From the NCBI GenBank assembly GCA_050951805.1, contig JBMNJT010000004.1, positions 64,001 to 128,000 of the forward strand: a DNA stretch of 64,000 nucleotides. Reading direction: 5' to 3'. The first letter of the stretch is position 1; every line of letters begins with the position of its first letter. The notes under the pieces are model-generated. The model did not search any database, was not told the origin of the DNA, and saw nothing but the letters and a program-made list of their open reading frames with translations. This document shows, piece by piece, positions 20,314 through 28,996 of the stretch. Position numbers and translations under genes: made by a program. The stretch is from Bacillota bacterium (GTDB lineage Bacteria > Bacillota > DTU025).

Positions 20314-21756
20314 ATGATTGTTAGCCTTGCTACCTTCGAACACCTGCCCAAACGTGTTGGGGGTCTTGCAGAAGCTGCCACGTCTATAGGGGAGTCTCTA
20401 GCCAGGGAGAACGAGGTAATGGTCTTCATGCCGTCACACGGCATACATAAGACCGAGAAGACGCTGAAAATCAGAAAGTACGGGAAGTTTGCTCTGGACG
20501 CAGGTTCAGCTTCAACGCAGATTACCATGTATGAAATGGAACGAAATGGAGTACGCGTTTTCTTGTTGAGTGATGAGGTTATGGACCACCCAGATGTATA
20601 CATGCCAAGGGAGATGCTGACGGCCAAGATACTCCGATTCGCTTATGCCTTTCCTGCCGCAATCAACTTGATCATGGGGAAGGAAGGGAAGAAACCGGAT
20701 GTGGCCCACATCAATGATTGGCATTGCGTATTGGGAGGAGCTGCAGCCAAAAAATACCTCGAGATACCCATGGCCTACACCATACACCGCATCTGCCGCG
20801 AAAAAATCGCCGTGAAGGATATGGAGGATGCGGGCCTATCGGAATTCATCGACCCTGAATCAATCGAAATCTCGGGAAAGCGGGAAATGTTCAATCTCGA
20901 AACGTATGGCTGTAGGGTCTGTGACCATCTAAATACCGTCAGCTACTCATACCTTTGTGAGGAATGGGATGAGTTTTTCGGGAAGTATGCCGGAAAGGCG
21001 ACCTACGTTTGGAATGGGATGGATCATTCCTTTTGGGATCCGGCCAAACTCGAACGGGCCGGCATGCCAAGGAGGGAACGCCGCGCTGCGTTGCTCAAAG
21101 AAAATGGAATGGAAGACGGAACGCTCTACTTTTATGTTGGCCGGTTCGATATGGAGCAAAAAGGCGTAGACCACATGTTTGAGGCAATCCGCATGATCTT
21201 CGATGGAGAGGTTGCCGGGGCAGATAGGCTAATTCCGAACTTGAGGGTTGTGGTCTTAGGCTCGGGAGATCCAGTACTCGAAGCCATGGCCCGGGACATG
21301 GAGAAGAAGTATCCGAAAAACGTAAGAGCGATCATAGGATACTTAGGAAGGGAAACTACTAGGGAATACTATGGAGCATCAGACTTTTGTCTGATTCCGT
21401 CCAATTTCGAGCCCTTTGGCCTTGTTCAGCTCGAGGCGATGTGCATGGGGTCGATTCCCATAGGCACAAGAGTAGGGGGCATAAACGATACAGTCCTTGA
21501 CATCGACAAAGCCAAGGAAAACGCCACCGGCAAGCTGGTTTCCCCACGTAAACCCAAGGAACTAGCTGCTGCCATGGTCAAAATGGGCATTCTCGACATG
21601 GATGACCCTTCTAAGATCGAGAAGATCAGGGCCAATGGCAGGCCCCATGTCATGACCAATTTCACATGGGATCGGGCGGCCCAAAGATACTTGGCAATGT
21701 ACCAGGGAAAGGCATCGATCATGTTGCCATTTGCGGATTACGGAGGTCCGTTTTAA
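20314..21756 (+). CDS. glgA: Glycogen synthase (GT5), archaeal-like; start uncertain
   Basis: FEHLPKRVGGLAEA, FMPSHG, HINDWH, NTVSYSY, PSNFEPFGLVQLEAM. Confidence 0.85.
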   Translation: MIVSLATFEHLPKRVGGLAEAATSIGESLARENEVMVFMPSHGIHKTEKTLKIRKYGKFALDAGSASTQITMYEMERNGVRVFLLSDEVMDHPDVYMPREMLTAKILRFAYAFPAAINLIMGKEGKKPDVAHINDWHCVLGGAAAKKYLEIPMAYTIHRICREKIAVKDMEDAGLSEFIDPESIEISGKREMFNLETYGCRVCDHLNTVSYSYLCEEWDEFFGKYAGKATYVWNGMDHSFWDPAKLERAGMPRRERRAALLKENGMEDGTLYFYVGRFDMEQKGVDHMFEAIRMIFDGEVAGADRLIPNLRVVVLGSGDPVLEAMARDMEKKYPKNVRAIIGYLGRETTREYYGASDFCLIPSNFEPFGLVQLEAMCMGSIPIGTRVGGINDTVLDIDKAKENATGKLVSPRKPKELAAAMVKMGILDMDDPSKIEKIRANGRPHVMTNFTWDRAAQRYLAMYQGKASIMLPFADYGGPF

Positions 21757-21774
21757 TCAAGGAGGCCAGGCACC

Positions 21775-22782
21775 ATGCCAGAATTCAGGCAAGACATCAT
21801 CACAGGAAACTGGGTTATCGTTGCGAAGGAAAGGGCTAAAAGGCCGGAAGACTTTTCCGAGCCGGAGAAACCCCGTAAGGAACGTTTTCGCGAAAACTGT
21901 CCATTCTGCGTAGGAAACGAGAAGCAAACGCCACCTGAGGTCTATGCCATCAGGGAAGAAGGCGCAGAACCCGACACCCCTGGCTGGAAAGTGAGGGCCG
22001 TCCCCAACAAGTTTCCCGCGCTTACATCAAATGGCCAGGTTAACACGGGCGATGTTGGCATTTATCGCACGATGTCAGGCATAGGGGCCCATGAGGTAAT
22101 TTTGGAGACGCCTGATCATGACAGAAGTCCTGCCTATCTGACTGAGGAAGAGATCGCAGATGTAATAGCAACCTATCGCCATCGCCACCGTGTGCTCTTG
22201 GAGGATGAGAGGATCCAATATGTGTCTATTTTCCGCAACCATGGCAGAATTGCAGGAGCTTCTCTGGAGCATCCGCATTCGCAGATAATAGCTACGCCAA
22301 TAGTTCCGCCTCTTGTCCAGCATTCTATCTCCTCGGCCAAGGATTACCACGATCGAACGGGCAGATGTGCCTACTGCCATGTCCTTGAGGAGGAGCGGAA
22401 GGCGGGCGTGCGAGTGGTATACAGCAACCCTGGGTTCATCGTGTTTGAGCCATTTGCGTCGAGGACGCCATTTGAGACATGGATAATGCCGCTGCGCCAT
22501 TCCCCATCCTTCGGCGACATCTCAGACCAGGAGATTGAGCAGCTTGCAGATGCTCTCGGATTGACCCTGCGTAAGATCGCCCAAGGACTGAACGATCCGG
22601 CATACAATTACATGATACGCACTGCTCCGACCGTTAGCGAATACGATGGCGCGGAGTACTTGCATTGGCATATCAGCATATTGCCTAAGCTGGCCATAGC
22701 GGCCGGATTCGAAATGGGGACAGGCATATACATCAATACTGCGACACCTGAGGACACAGCTAAATTCCTGAGGAGTATATGA
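21775..22782 (+). CDS. galT: Galactose-1-phosphate uridylyltransferase (GalT family)
   Basis: ERAKRP, CPFC, NKFPAL, GASLEHPHSQ. Confidence 0.9.
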   Translation: MPEFRQDIITGNWVIVAKERAKRPEDFSEPEKPRKERFRENCPFCVGNEKQTPPEVYAIREEGAEPDTPGWKVRAVPNKFPALTSNGQVNTGDVGIYRTMSGIGAHEVILETPDHDRSPAYLTEEEIADVIATYRHRHRVLLEDERIQYVSIFRNHGRIAGASLEHPHSQIIATPIVPPLVQHSISSAKDYHDRTGRCAYCHVLEEERKAGVRVVYSNPGFIVFEPFASRTPFETWIMPLRHSPSFGDISDQEIEQLADALGLTLRKIAQGLNDPAYNYMIRTAPTVSEYDGAEYLHWHISILPKLAIAAGFEMGTGIYINTATPEDTAKFLRSI

Positions 22783-22925
22783 CGGGAGATCTGTTTTTTC
22801 GGCCCAAGTGCGGGCGCTTTCGCGCTCGCGGAGCAAGATCGAGCATAGTCCCCCCAATGCTGGTTATCCTATAACCACGATTGGCGAATCAAACCAGCAC
22901 ATGTACTGGGGGGGCAGAAGAGTCG

Positions 22926-23261
22926 ATGAGTCAGTGGTTAGGACATATTGTGAGACTTGTTGTGTCGGCGATCGTGTTGATGCTAATCTCATCTCTCATA
23001 CCAGGTTTTGCAAGTTTAACGTTTGGGACGGCATTAGTTGCAGCGGTGGTCATAACTGTGCTTGGATGGCTGGTCGAAGCCATCCTCGGGCATGGGGTAT
23101 CCCCGTATGCAAGGGGTATTGTGGGCTTTCTCGTGTCAGCAGTGGTGATATATGCTACGTCGTTCATAGTGCCGGGCATGACCATAACCGTTGCAGGCGC
23201 CTTGCTAGCGGCATTTGTGATTGGGCTTGTTGACATGTTTGTCCCGACCACCTTGCGCTAG
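22926..23261 (+). CDS. Phage holin family (4 TMS) membrane protein
   Basis: Four hydrophobic segments; SPYARGIVGF, DMFVPT. Confidence 0.75.
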   Translation: MSQWLGHIVRLVVSAIVLMLISSLIPGFASLTFGTALVAAVVITVLGWLVEAILGHGVSPYARGIVGFLVSAVVIYATSFIVPGMTITVAGALLAAFVIGLVDMFVPTTLR

Positions 23262-23262
23262 T

Positions 23263-23278
23263 AGTTTCACGTGAAACA
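23263..23278. promoter_or_regulatory. parS site
   Basis: AGTTTCACGTGAAACA, one mismatch from consensus. Confidence 0.9.
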
Positions 23279-23294
23279 ATTGATGCCTGCGCCC

Positions 23295-23332
23295 ACCCCT
23301 TTCGGCAGTTGGCCGGGAGGGGTTTCACTTTA
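23295..23332 (+). terminator. Intrinsic terminator
   Basis: ACCCCTTTCGGC/GCCGGGAGGGGT stem followed by TTCACTTT. Confidence 0.6.
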
Positions 23333-23396
23333 TCAGGCAGGACAAGTTGAGGTGATGTCTAACATAAGCTATGTGTGAAGATAGGGGTGGTCGCTT

Positions 23397-24332
23397 ATGG
23401 AGACAGAAGCGCTGTCATCCTCCGCAGTGGACGACATTGTGGCCGGAGGATTCTCCAAACAGGCTCTTACGGATAAAACGGTGGTTATCCTATCGTCCTT
23501 GATCAAGATAGGGACGATAGTCTTGATCTCTGCCCTGATTCTTCGCATTTCCTTTCGCGTGATCGATCGCCTTTTCAGGAGTCGCGAAGATGAACATATC
23601 GCCTTGTTCAAGGACACGCGCCGTCTTGTTACTCTTAGAACGGTGAGCAAGAGCATTGTCAGGTATGTTGTATATTTCATCGGAGGAATCATGATCCTTT
23701 CTGAGCTAGGAGTCGATACTGCCAGCCTGATTGCAGGAGCAGGAATTGTGGGATTGGCTGTGGGAATTGGCGCTCAGAACCTTGTCAAGGATGTAATAAC
23801 GGGATTTTTCGTTCTATTTGAGGACCAATATGCCGTCGGAGATTACATTGCGGTTGCCGGGGTCTCAGGCGTGGTGGAGTCGATTGGAATACGGGTGACG
23901 CGCATTCGCGACTTTGCCGGGCAGCTCTACATTATCCCCAATGGTTCTATAGGCATGGTAACAAATTATCGTGGGCATAACATGCGGGTCTTGTTTGATG
24001 TGATAGTCCCGTATTCTACCGACATAGAACATGCACTGCGCGTGCTTCAGAAGGCCTTCGACGAACAGAAGGCGAGCATTCCGGGGATTGCGGATGGTCC
24101 CCGCGTATTGGGAGTCCAAGAGATGAATGAAACGGGGGTTTTCCTCCGAGTGTGGGCAACTGCGAAGCCCATGGAGCAGTGGTCTGTAGAGAGGCAGCTG
24201 AAGATGATAGCGAGAAAGGCTCTTGATGATGCCGGAGTAGATCCCCCAGTGACGCACCAACGCATAATCATTGATAGATTTTCGGATCCAGTAGGCTCAC
24301 AGGCTGAGGAAGGCGGGGAATGCGAAGCATGA
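23397..24332 (+). CDS. mscS: Small-conductance mechanosensitive channel
   Basis: AGAGIVGLAVGIGAQNLVKD, VGDYI, IPNGSI. Confidence 0.9.
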   Translation: METEALSSSAVDDIVAGGFSKQALTDKTVVILSSLIKIGTIVLISALILRISFRVIDRLFRSREDEHIALFKDTRRLVTLRTVSKSIVRYVVYFIGGIMILSELGVDTASLIAGAGIVGLAVGIGAQNLVKDVITGFFVLFEDQYAVGDYIAVAGVSGVVESIGIRVTRIRDFAGQLYIIPNGSIGMVTNYRGHNMRVLFDVIVPYSTDIEHALRVLQKAFDEQKASIPGIADGPRVLGVQEMNETGVFLRVWATAKPMEQWSVERQLKMIARKALDDAGVDPPVTHQRIIIDRFSDPVGSQAEEGGECEA

Positions 24333-24556
24333 GCTATCGGCTGGGCGATATAGTGAGAATGAAGAAACCTCATCCCTGCGGCAGCTCAACGTGGGAGATT
24401 CTCAGGGTTGGCGCGGACTTCCGCATCAAGTGCACGGGTTGTGGCCGCGTGGTTATGCTTACGAGAGCTCAGTTTATGAAGGATGTGCGGGGGATAGCTG
24501 ATTCTGGCGCGGGAGGCGATGTCCATGCTGAATCTGGGAATCGTGGGCCTGCCTAA
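24329..24556 (+). CDS. DUF951 (YyzM-like) protein
   Basis: GDIVRMKKPHPCGS..W..RVGADFRIKC..CG. Confidence 0.92.
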   Translation: MSYRLGDIVRMKKPHPCGSSTWEILRVGADFRIKCTGCGRVVMLTRAQFMKDVRGIADSGAGGDVHAESGNRGPA

Positions 24557-25760
24557 TGTAGGCAAGTCCACTCTGTTTAACGCGTTAACCCGCGGGCGAG
24601 CCCAGGTAGCTAACTACCCGTTCACTACTGTCGATCCCAACATGGGAATGGTACAGGTCCCTGACAATCGGCTTGATGCCGTTGCGGCCGTTGCGGGGGC
24701 GCAGAAAGTGACTCCTGCCGCGATCCGATTTGTGGACATAGCCGGGCTGGTTCGCGGGGCAAGTAGAGGCGAAGGCCTCGGAAACAAGTTTCTGTCCCAT
24801 ATCAGGGAAGTAGATGCTGTAGTGCACGTGGTGAGATGCTTCTTTGATACCGATGTAGCGCACGTCTACAATCGCCCGGATCCTGTGAGGGATGTCGAGA
24901 TAATAGAGACAGAGCTCATACTGGCAGACCTGGAAAGCGTGGACAAGCGCATCGCCAAGACCGAACCGCTTTTGAAAACAGGGGATAAGCGGTGCCAATT
25001 TGAGATGGAGGTTCTGACCAGTCTCAAGAAGCATCTCGAATCTGGATTGCCGGCACGCCAGGCGCAACTAGACGCCGAGGAACGCGAGGTCGTGGACGAA
25101 CTCTTCTTGCTTACTATGAAGCCTGTGATATTAGTGGCGAATTTAGCGGAGGAATGTGCGGAGCAGCTGGGAAAGCTTTTGCCGATGAATTCGATCTCAG
25201 GCTCGGATGCCAGTCGAGTTGTTCCCAATGATGTGGCAAGTCTCCATGCTCTCGAAGATGGGGACGGCGGCGCAAAGGGGACTGGAGAGGGCTCGAACTC
25301 AGGGATTATCGTGGAGATCGAGTCCATTCTTGATGCGTTGAGTTCGGTTGCCCACGGGGCGCCAGTTATCCCGGTATGTGCGGAGCTAGAAAGGCAGCTC
25401 TCTGAGCTACCTCCGGATGATGCCAGCGATTATCTGGCATCCCTAGGGTTAGCCCATTCCGCGCTGGACAGTCTGATTGCCACTGGGTACAGCATACTTG
25501 ACCTTATCACCTTCTTTACGATTAAGGGTCCTGAAACTCGGGCATGGACTGTCGCTCGGGGTACAGTGGCGCCAAAAGCTGCGGGAAAGATACATTCAGA
25601 CATGGAGCGCGGGTTCATAAAAGCGGAAGTGATACAATGGGATGAGCTTGTTGGAGAAGGATCTTTTGTTGCAGCTCGAGAGCATGGCAAGGTAAGAGTA
25701 GAGGGGAAAGACTATGTAATGCAGGATGGAGACGTAGTGCTTTTTCGTTTCAATGTATAA
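24519..25760 (+). CDS. ychF: Ribosome-binding ATPase YchF
   Basis: GIVGLPNVGKSTLFN, ANYPFTT, DIAGLV, GEGLGNKFL, TGS domain ending FRFNV. Confidence 0.97.
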   Translation: MSMLNLGIVGLPNVGKSTLFNALTRGRAQVANYPFTTVDPNMGMVQVPDNRLDAVAAVAGAQKVTPAAIRFVDIAGLVRGASRGEGLGNKFLSHIREVDAVVHVVRCFFDTDVAHVYNRPDPVRDVEIIETELILADLESVDKRIAKTEPLLKTGDKRCQFEMEVLTSLKKHLESGLPARQAQLDAEEREVVDELFLLTMKPVILVANLAEECAEQLGKLLPMNSISGSDASRVVPNDVASLHALEDGDGGAKGTGEGSNSGIIVEIESILDALSSVAHGAPVIPVCAELERQLSELPPDDASDYLASLGLAHSALDSLIATGYSILDLITFFTIKGPETRAWTVARGTVAPKAAGKIHSDMERGFIKAEVIQWDELVGEGSFVAAREHGKVRVEGKDYVMQDGDVVLFRFNV

Positions 25761-25805
25761 TCAGGGTGAGCCCGGATACTTGGGATTTTTCACCCGCATA
25801 GTGGG

Positions 25806-25834
25806 TTGCGCCTGTCTGATGTGGATGTTATAAT
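25806..25834 (+). promoter_or_regulatory. sigma-A promoter of the rpsF operon
   Basis: TTGCGC-17 bp-TATAAT with extended TG. Confidence 0.7.
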
Positions 25835-25840
25835 TCATGT

Positions 25841-25890
25841 CGCAATCCCTGCCCTGCGTGGAACGTAGGGCCGATAGTCCGAGGGGAGGT
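25841..25890 (+). promoter_or_regulatory. S6:S18 ribosomal protein leader RNA
   Basis: CCC motif, GCCCTGCGT/ACGTAGGGC hairpin, and pairing to the GGGGAGG RBS directly upstream of rpsF, as in the known S6:S18 leader. Confidence 0.65.
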
Positions 25891-26185
25891 GAAGTCAGTG
25901 CGCGCCTACGAGAGCATGTTTGTTATTGCTCCTACAGTGCCCGAGGAAGAGATCGATGCCTTCATAGACAGGTTCGTCCAACTAATCGTGAACAATGGAG
26001 GCGAAGTGACTGAGATCGACAAAATGGGCAGGCGCCGGCTGGCGTACGAAATAGAGGATTTCACGGAGGGTTACTACGTGGTGCTCTATTTCAATGCTCA
26101 GCCTGATGCTGTAGCGGAGCTTGAGCGGGTGTACAAGATCACAGACAACGTGATACGCTCTATGGTCGTCCGAAAGGACAGCTAA
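25889..26185 (+). CDS. rpsF: 30S ribosomal protein S6
   Basis: RAYESMFVI, GRRRLAYEI, EGYY. Confidence 0.97.
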   Translation: MKSVRAYESMFVIAPTVPEEEIDAFIDRFVQLIVNNGGEVTEIDKMGRRRLAYEIEDFTEGYYVVLYFNAQPDAVAELERVYKITDNVIRSMVVRKDS

Positions 26186-26227
26186 TTCCTTGCCGGGCTG
26201 CAAATATCAAGGCAGGGTGGTGTAATC

Positions 26228-26680
26228 ATGAACAGGGTCGTAATAGTGGGGCGCTTGACCCATGATCCCGAACTTCGATTCACTCAGAATGGCATAGCTG
26301 TCACTAGATTTTCTTTGGCCGTTGACAGGCCTTTTACAAACCAGCAGGGAGAACGTGAAACAGATTTCCTTGATGTGGTAGTCTGGCGCAGGCAAGCTGA
26401 GAATGTAGCGGCATACCTGAAAAAGGGCAGCCTTGCTGCCGTGGATGGCCGTGTACAGGTTCGCAGCTATGAAACGCCCGAGGGCCAGAAGAGGAAGGTA
26501 TGGGAAATAGTCGCTGATAGGGTTGAGTTTCTCGACCGAAGGGGCGATACGGGATCACAGATGTCCCAGGGTGGGTATGGCCGTACACAGCCGGAGCTGG
26601 GTGAAGATGAAGACGATGTTCCAATGCCTGAAGAGGCTGAGACATTCGGGGATCAGATGGATCCGGACATACGCTTATAG
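26228..26680 (+). CDS. ssb: Single-stranded DNA-binding protein
   Basis: [19 protein letters not shown]; between rpsF and rpsR. Confidence 0.97.
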   Translation: MNRVVIVGRLTHDPELRFTQNGIAVTRFSLAVDRPFTNQQGERETDFLDVVVWRRQAENVAAYLKKGSLAAVDGRVQVRSYETPEGQKRKVWEIVADRVEFLDRRGDTGSQMSQGGYGRTQPELGEDEDDVPMPEEAETFGDQMDPDIRL

Positions 26681-26720
26681 CGACAGCACCACTGCCTACA
26701 TCAGTGGAGGGACAATATAG

Positions 26721-26951
26721 GTGAGACGTGAAAGAGGACGCAAGTCCAGAAGGCGAGTATGTTCCTTCTGCGTCGACAAAGTTCAGGACATAGATTACAA
26801 GGATACAGCCAGGCTTCGGAGATACCTCAACGAGCGCGGGAAGATCATTCCGCGCCGGATCTCTGGGAACTGCGCTAAGCATCAGCGCCAAGTTACGGTC
26901 GCCATAAAGCGGGCAAGGCAGATGGCGTTGCTGCCGTATACTGCAGACTAG
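26721..26951 (+). CDS. rpsR: 30S ribosomal protein S18
   Basis: [26 protein letters not shown]. Confidence 0.98.
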   Translation: MRRERGRKSRRRVCSFCVDKVQDIDYKDTARLRRYLNERGKIIPRRISGNCAKHQRQVTVAIKRARQMALLPYTAD

Positions 26952-26986
26952 TCTGGTTTAGATGGAACCGTGGCTATAACGGATTG

Positions 26987-27027
26987 GAAAACTCTTTGGC
27001 GGCAGCAGCCCCCAAGGAGTTTTCTTG
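26987..27027 (+). terminator. Terminator-like hairpin after rpsR
   Basis: GAAAACTCTTTGG...CCAAGGAGTTTTC inverted repeat. Confidence 0.6.
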
Positions 27028-27148
27028 CACATACGCCCATGTGTCCTACATTGCATTGGAAGGTTGGGCGGAAGGATTTTTTGCCTTTGGTGTCGAGAAC
27101 GAACGAGTCCATTGACTGCATGGCACTTTAACACGGGGAGGAGTCGGA

Positions 27149-27463
27149 ATGCCATATCCGAGATACACCGATATTGCCTGTGGTGTTAAGACAATTGACT
27201 GGCTTGAGGCGGAGATACTTGGAAGCATTGCCTCGTTGTATCGTTCTCTGGCGCGCGCGGATGAAGGCCCGCGCGTGGCCGATCTGGCTAACGCCATCAT
27301 CGGTTGCTATCTGCTAGGCAAAAGGTTAGGAATAAGTTATGCTGAGCTGGAACAGCAAATCTCAGCGAACATCGATGAGAACATCGAGAAGGGGCACGAA
27401 ATCGAAAGGTGGTATGGGGACTTTAGCGCTTTGGCGAATCACAGGAAGGGGCGTTCCACTTGA
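27149..27463 (+). CDS. MazG-like family protein
   Basis: KTIDWL, YLLGKRLGI, HEIERWYGDFSAL; usual rpsR neighbour in clostridia. Confidence 0.85.
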   Translation: MPYPRYTDIACGVKTIDWLEAEILGSIASLYRSLARADEGPRVADLANAIIGCYLLGKRLGISYAELEQQISANIDENIEKGHEIERWYGDFSALANHRKGRST

Positions 27464-28416
27464 GTCAATCACGGAATCAAAACTTGCGAGCGCTTACTGA
27501 GGGGGCTCTTCTTGCCGCACTTACAGTAGTGTTGTATGTGGCTGACGTTTATACCAGAATACTCATTTACGTGGTTCCAGTGCCCATTGCGATTCTCGTA
27601 GTAAAGCATGATCTCCGCACAGGCCTCATGGCCGCAGCGGTCTCGGCTCTCGGTGTAGGGCTTATTTTGGGGCCAATAGACTCTGTGATTGTCTTTGTGC
27701 GTGTCGCAACTCTCGGTTTGACCCTCGGAGTATGCTTGGCAAAATTGCTTCCATGGCCTCGCACTATCGCCATTACCAGTGTCGCTTCGACCGTGCAGAT
27801 TGCCATCGATTTTATGTTGGCCGCGGTAGTATCCAAACTCTCTCCGACAGAGTTCCTGGGCAGCATGATGAATGAATTCGCGGCGGCTGGCGAAAGAGCT
27901 GTTGAAATCTATGAAGGTATGGGAATGGGCGAAACATCCATGATGCTCGCCAGGCAGTCCGTTGAGCTCATGACCGTCTTACTTAAGTCGTTTCTGCCTG
28001 TGATTGTGCTGTCAGCCGCAGTGTTGGGTGCGGTGATAGTGGCGGCCGTTGCTCGCTGGGTGCTTGTGCGCATGAACGAAAAAGTGGTGCCCGTCCCGCC
28101 CTTTGCCCGATGGCAGCTTGGGTGGGAGTGGATATGGGGCTTGATAGCGGGGATTCTCCTTTCGCAACTCGGGCAATGGATGGGCATTGAGCTCATATCG
28201 ACTATAGGCAAGAACGTGACTATGGGGTTCGCCTTGCTCTATACTGTACAGGGAGTCGCGATTATCTGGCACTTCTTTACGAAGCGAAATATTCCGAAAG
28301 CCCTGGCCGTTATCGTGATAATCCTTATATACCTGACTCCGCCGTTTAATCTTCTTGTCCCCATAGCCGGAGTCCTCGATACATGGCTTGATTTTAGAAA
28401 CTTGGCGGCGCAGTAG
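27460..28416 (+). CDS. YybS/DUF2232 membrane protein
   Basis: RALTEGALLAAL, multiple TM helices, C-terminal GVLDTWLDFR. Confidence 0.88.
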   Translation: MSQSRNQNLRALTEGALLAALTVVLYVADVYTRILIYVVPVPIAILVVKHDLRTGLMAAAVSALGVGLILGPIDSVIVFVRVATLGLTLGVCLAKLLPWPRTIAITSVASTVQIAIDFMLAAVVSKLSPTEFLGSMMNEFAAAGERAVEIYEGMGMGETSMMLARQSVELMTVLLKSFLPVIVLSAAVLGAVIVAAVARWVLVRMNEKVVPVPPFARWQLGWEWIWGLIAGILLSQLGQWMGIELISTIGKNVTMGFALLYTVQGVAIIWHFFTKRNIPKALAVIVIILIYLTPPFNLLVPIAGVLDTWLDFRNLAAQ

Positions 28417-28490
28417 GGCTGTGCGCCAACGTACTTTGAAAGGGGGTAGCGGGCGGGGAACGAAATAATACGCTTCGCCCGCGAAAAGTC

Positions 28491-28943
28491 GTGAAAGTAG
28501 TCCTTCTAAAAGATGTCCCAGGCTTGGGAAAGATGGACACTGCGCTAGATGTGGCTGAAGGATATGCCCGAAACTACCTGATTCCCCGGGGCCTGGCTAT
28601 TCCGGCAACCTCCAAGGAGCTTAACAGAGTAAACAAGCTTCGCGAGGCTGAAAAGCGCAAGGAGGTTCGCCTTGAGGAGAAGGCCAGAGAGGATGCGCGC
28701 AAATTGAAGGCACAGGGGGTTACTATTCGGGCTAAGGCTGGCGAGACTGGAAGACTTTACGGCTCAATTACGTCAAAAGACGTTGCTGATGCAATCCATG
28801 AGTCGTTGGGGATGGAGATTGATCGCAGAAAGATCGAGCTGGCCGACTCCATCAGGGAACTTGGCACGTTCACTGCAACTGTGAGGCTTTTTCCCGGGAT
28901 AAGCGCCGATGTTACGATCAATGTCATCGATGAAGGAAAATGA
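28491..28943 (+). CDS. rplI: 50S ribosomal protein L9
   Basis: MKVVLLKDV..LG..GYARNYLIP, GRLYGSIT. Confidence 0.98.
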   Translation: MKVVLLKDVPGLGKMDTALDVAEGYARNYLIPRGLAIPATSKELNRVNKLREAEKRKEVRLEEKAREDARKLKAQGVTIRAKAGETGRLYGSITSKDVADAIHESLGMEIDRRKIELADSIRELGTFTATVRLFPGISADVTINVIDEGK

Positions 28944-28996
28944 AGATAGTTGCCCAAGGCGTACCCTAGGGCAGAGACGAAAGGGGTTTTGCTTTC

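Noticed and set aside
22926-23261. Prophage suggested by the holin-family gene
   Set aside because: No other phage genes; this family is a common chromosomal membrane protein in clostridia.
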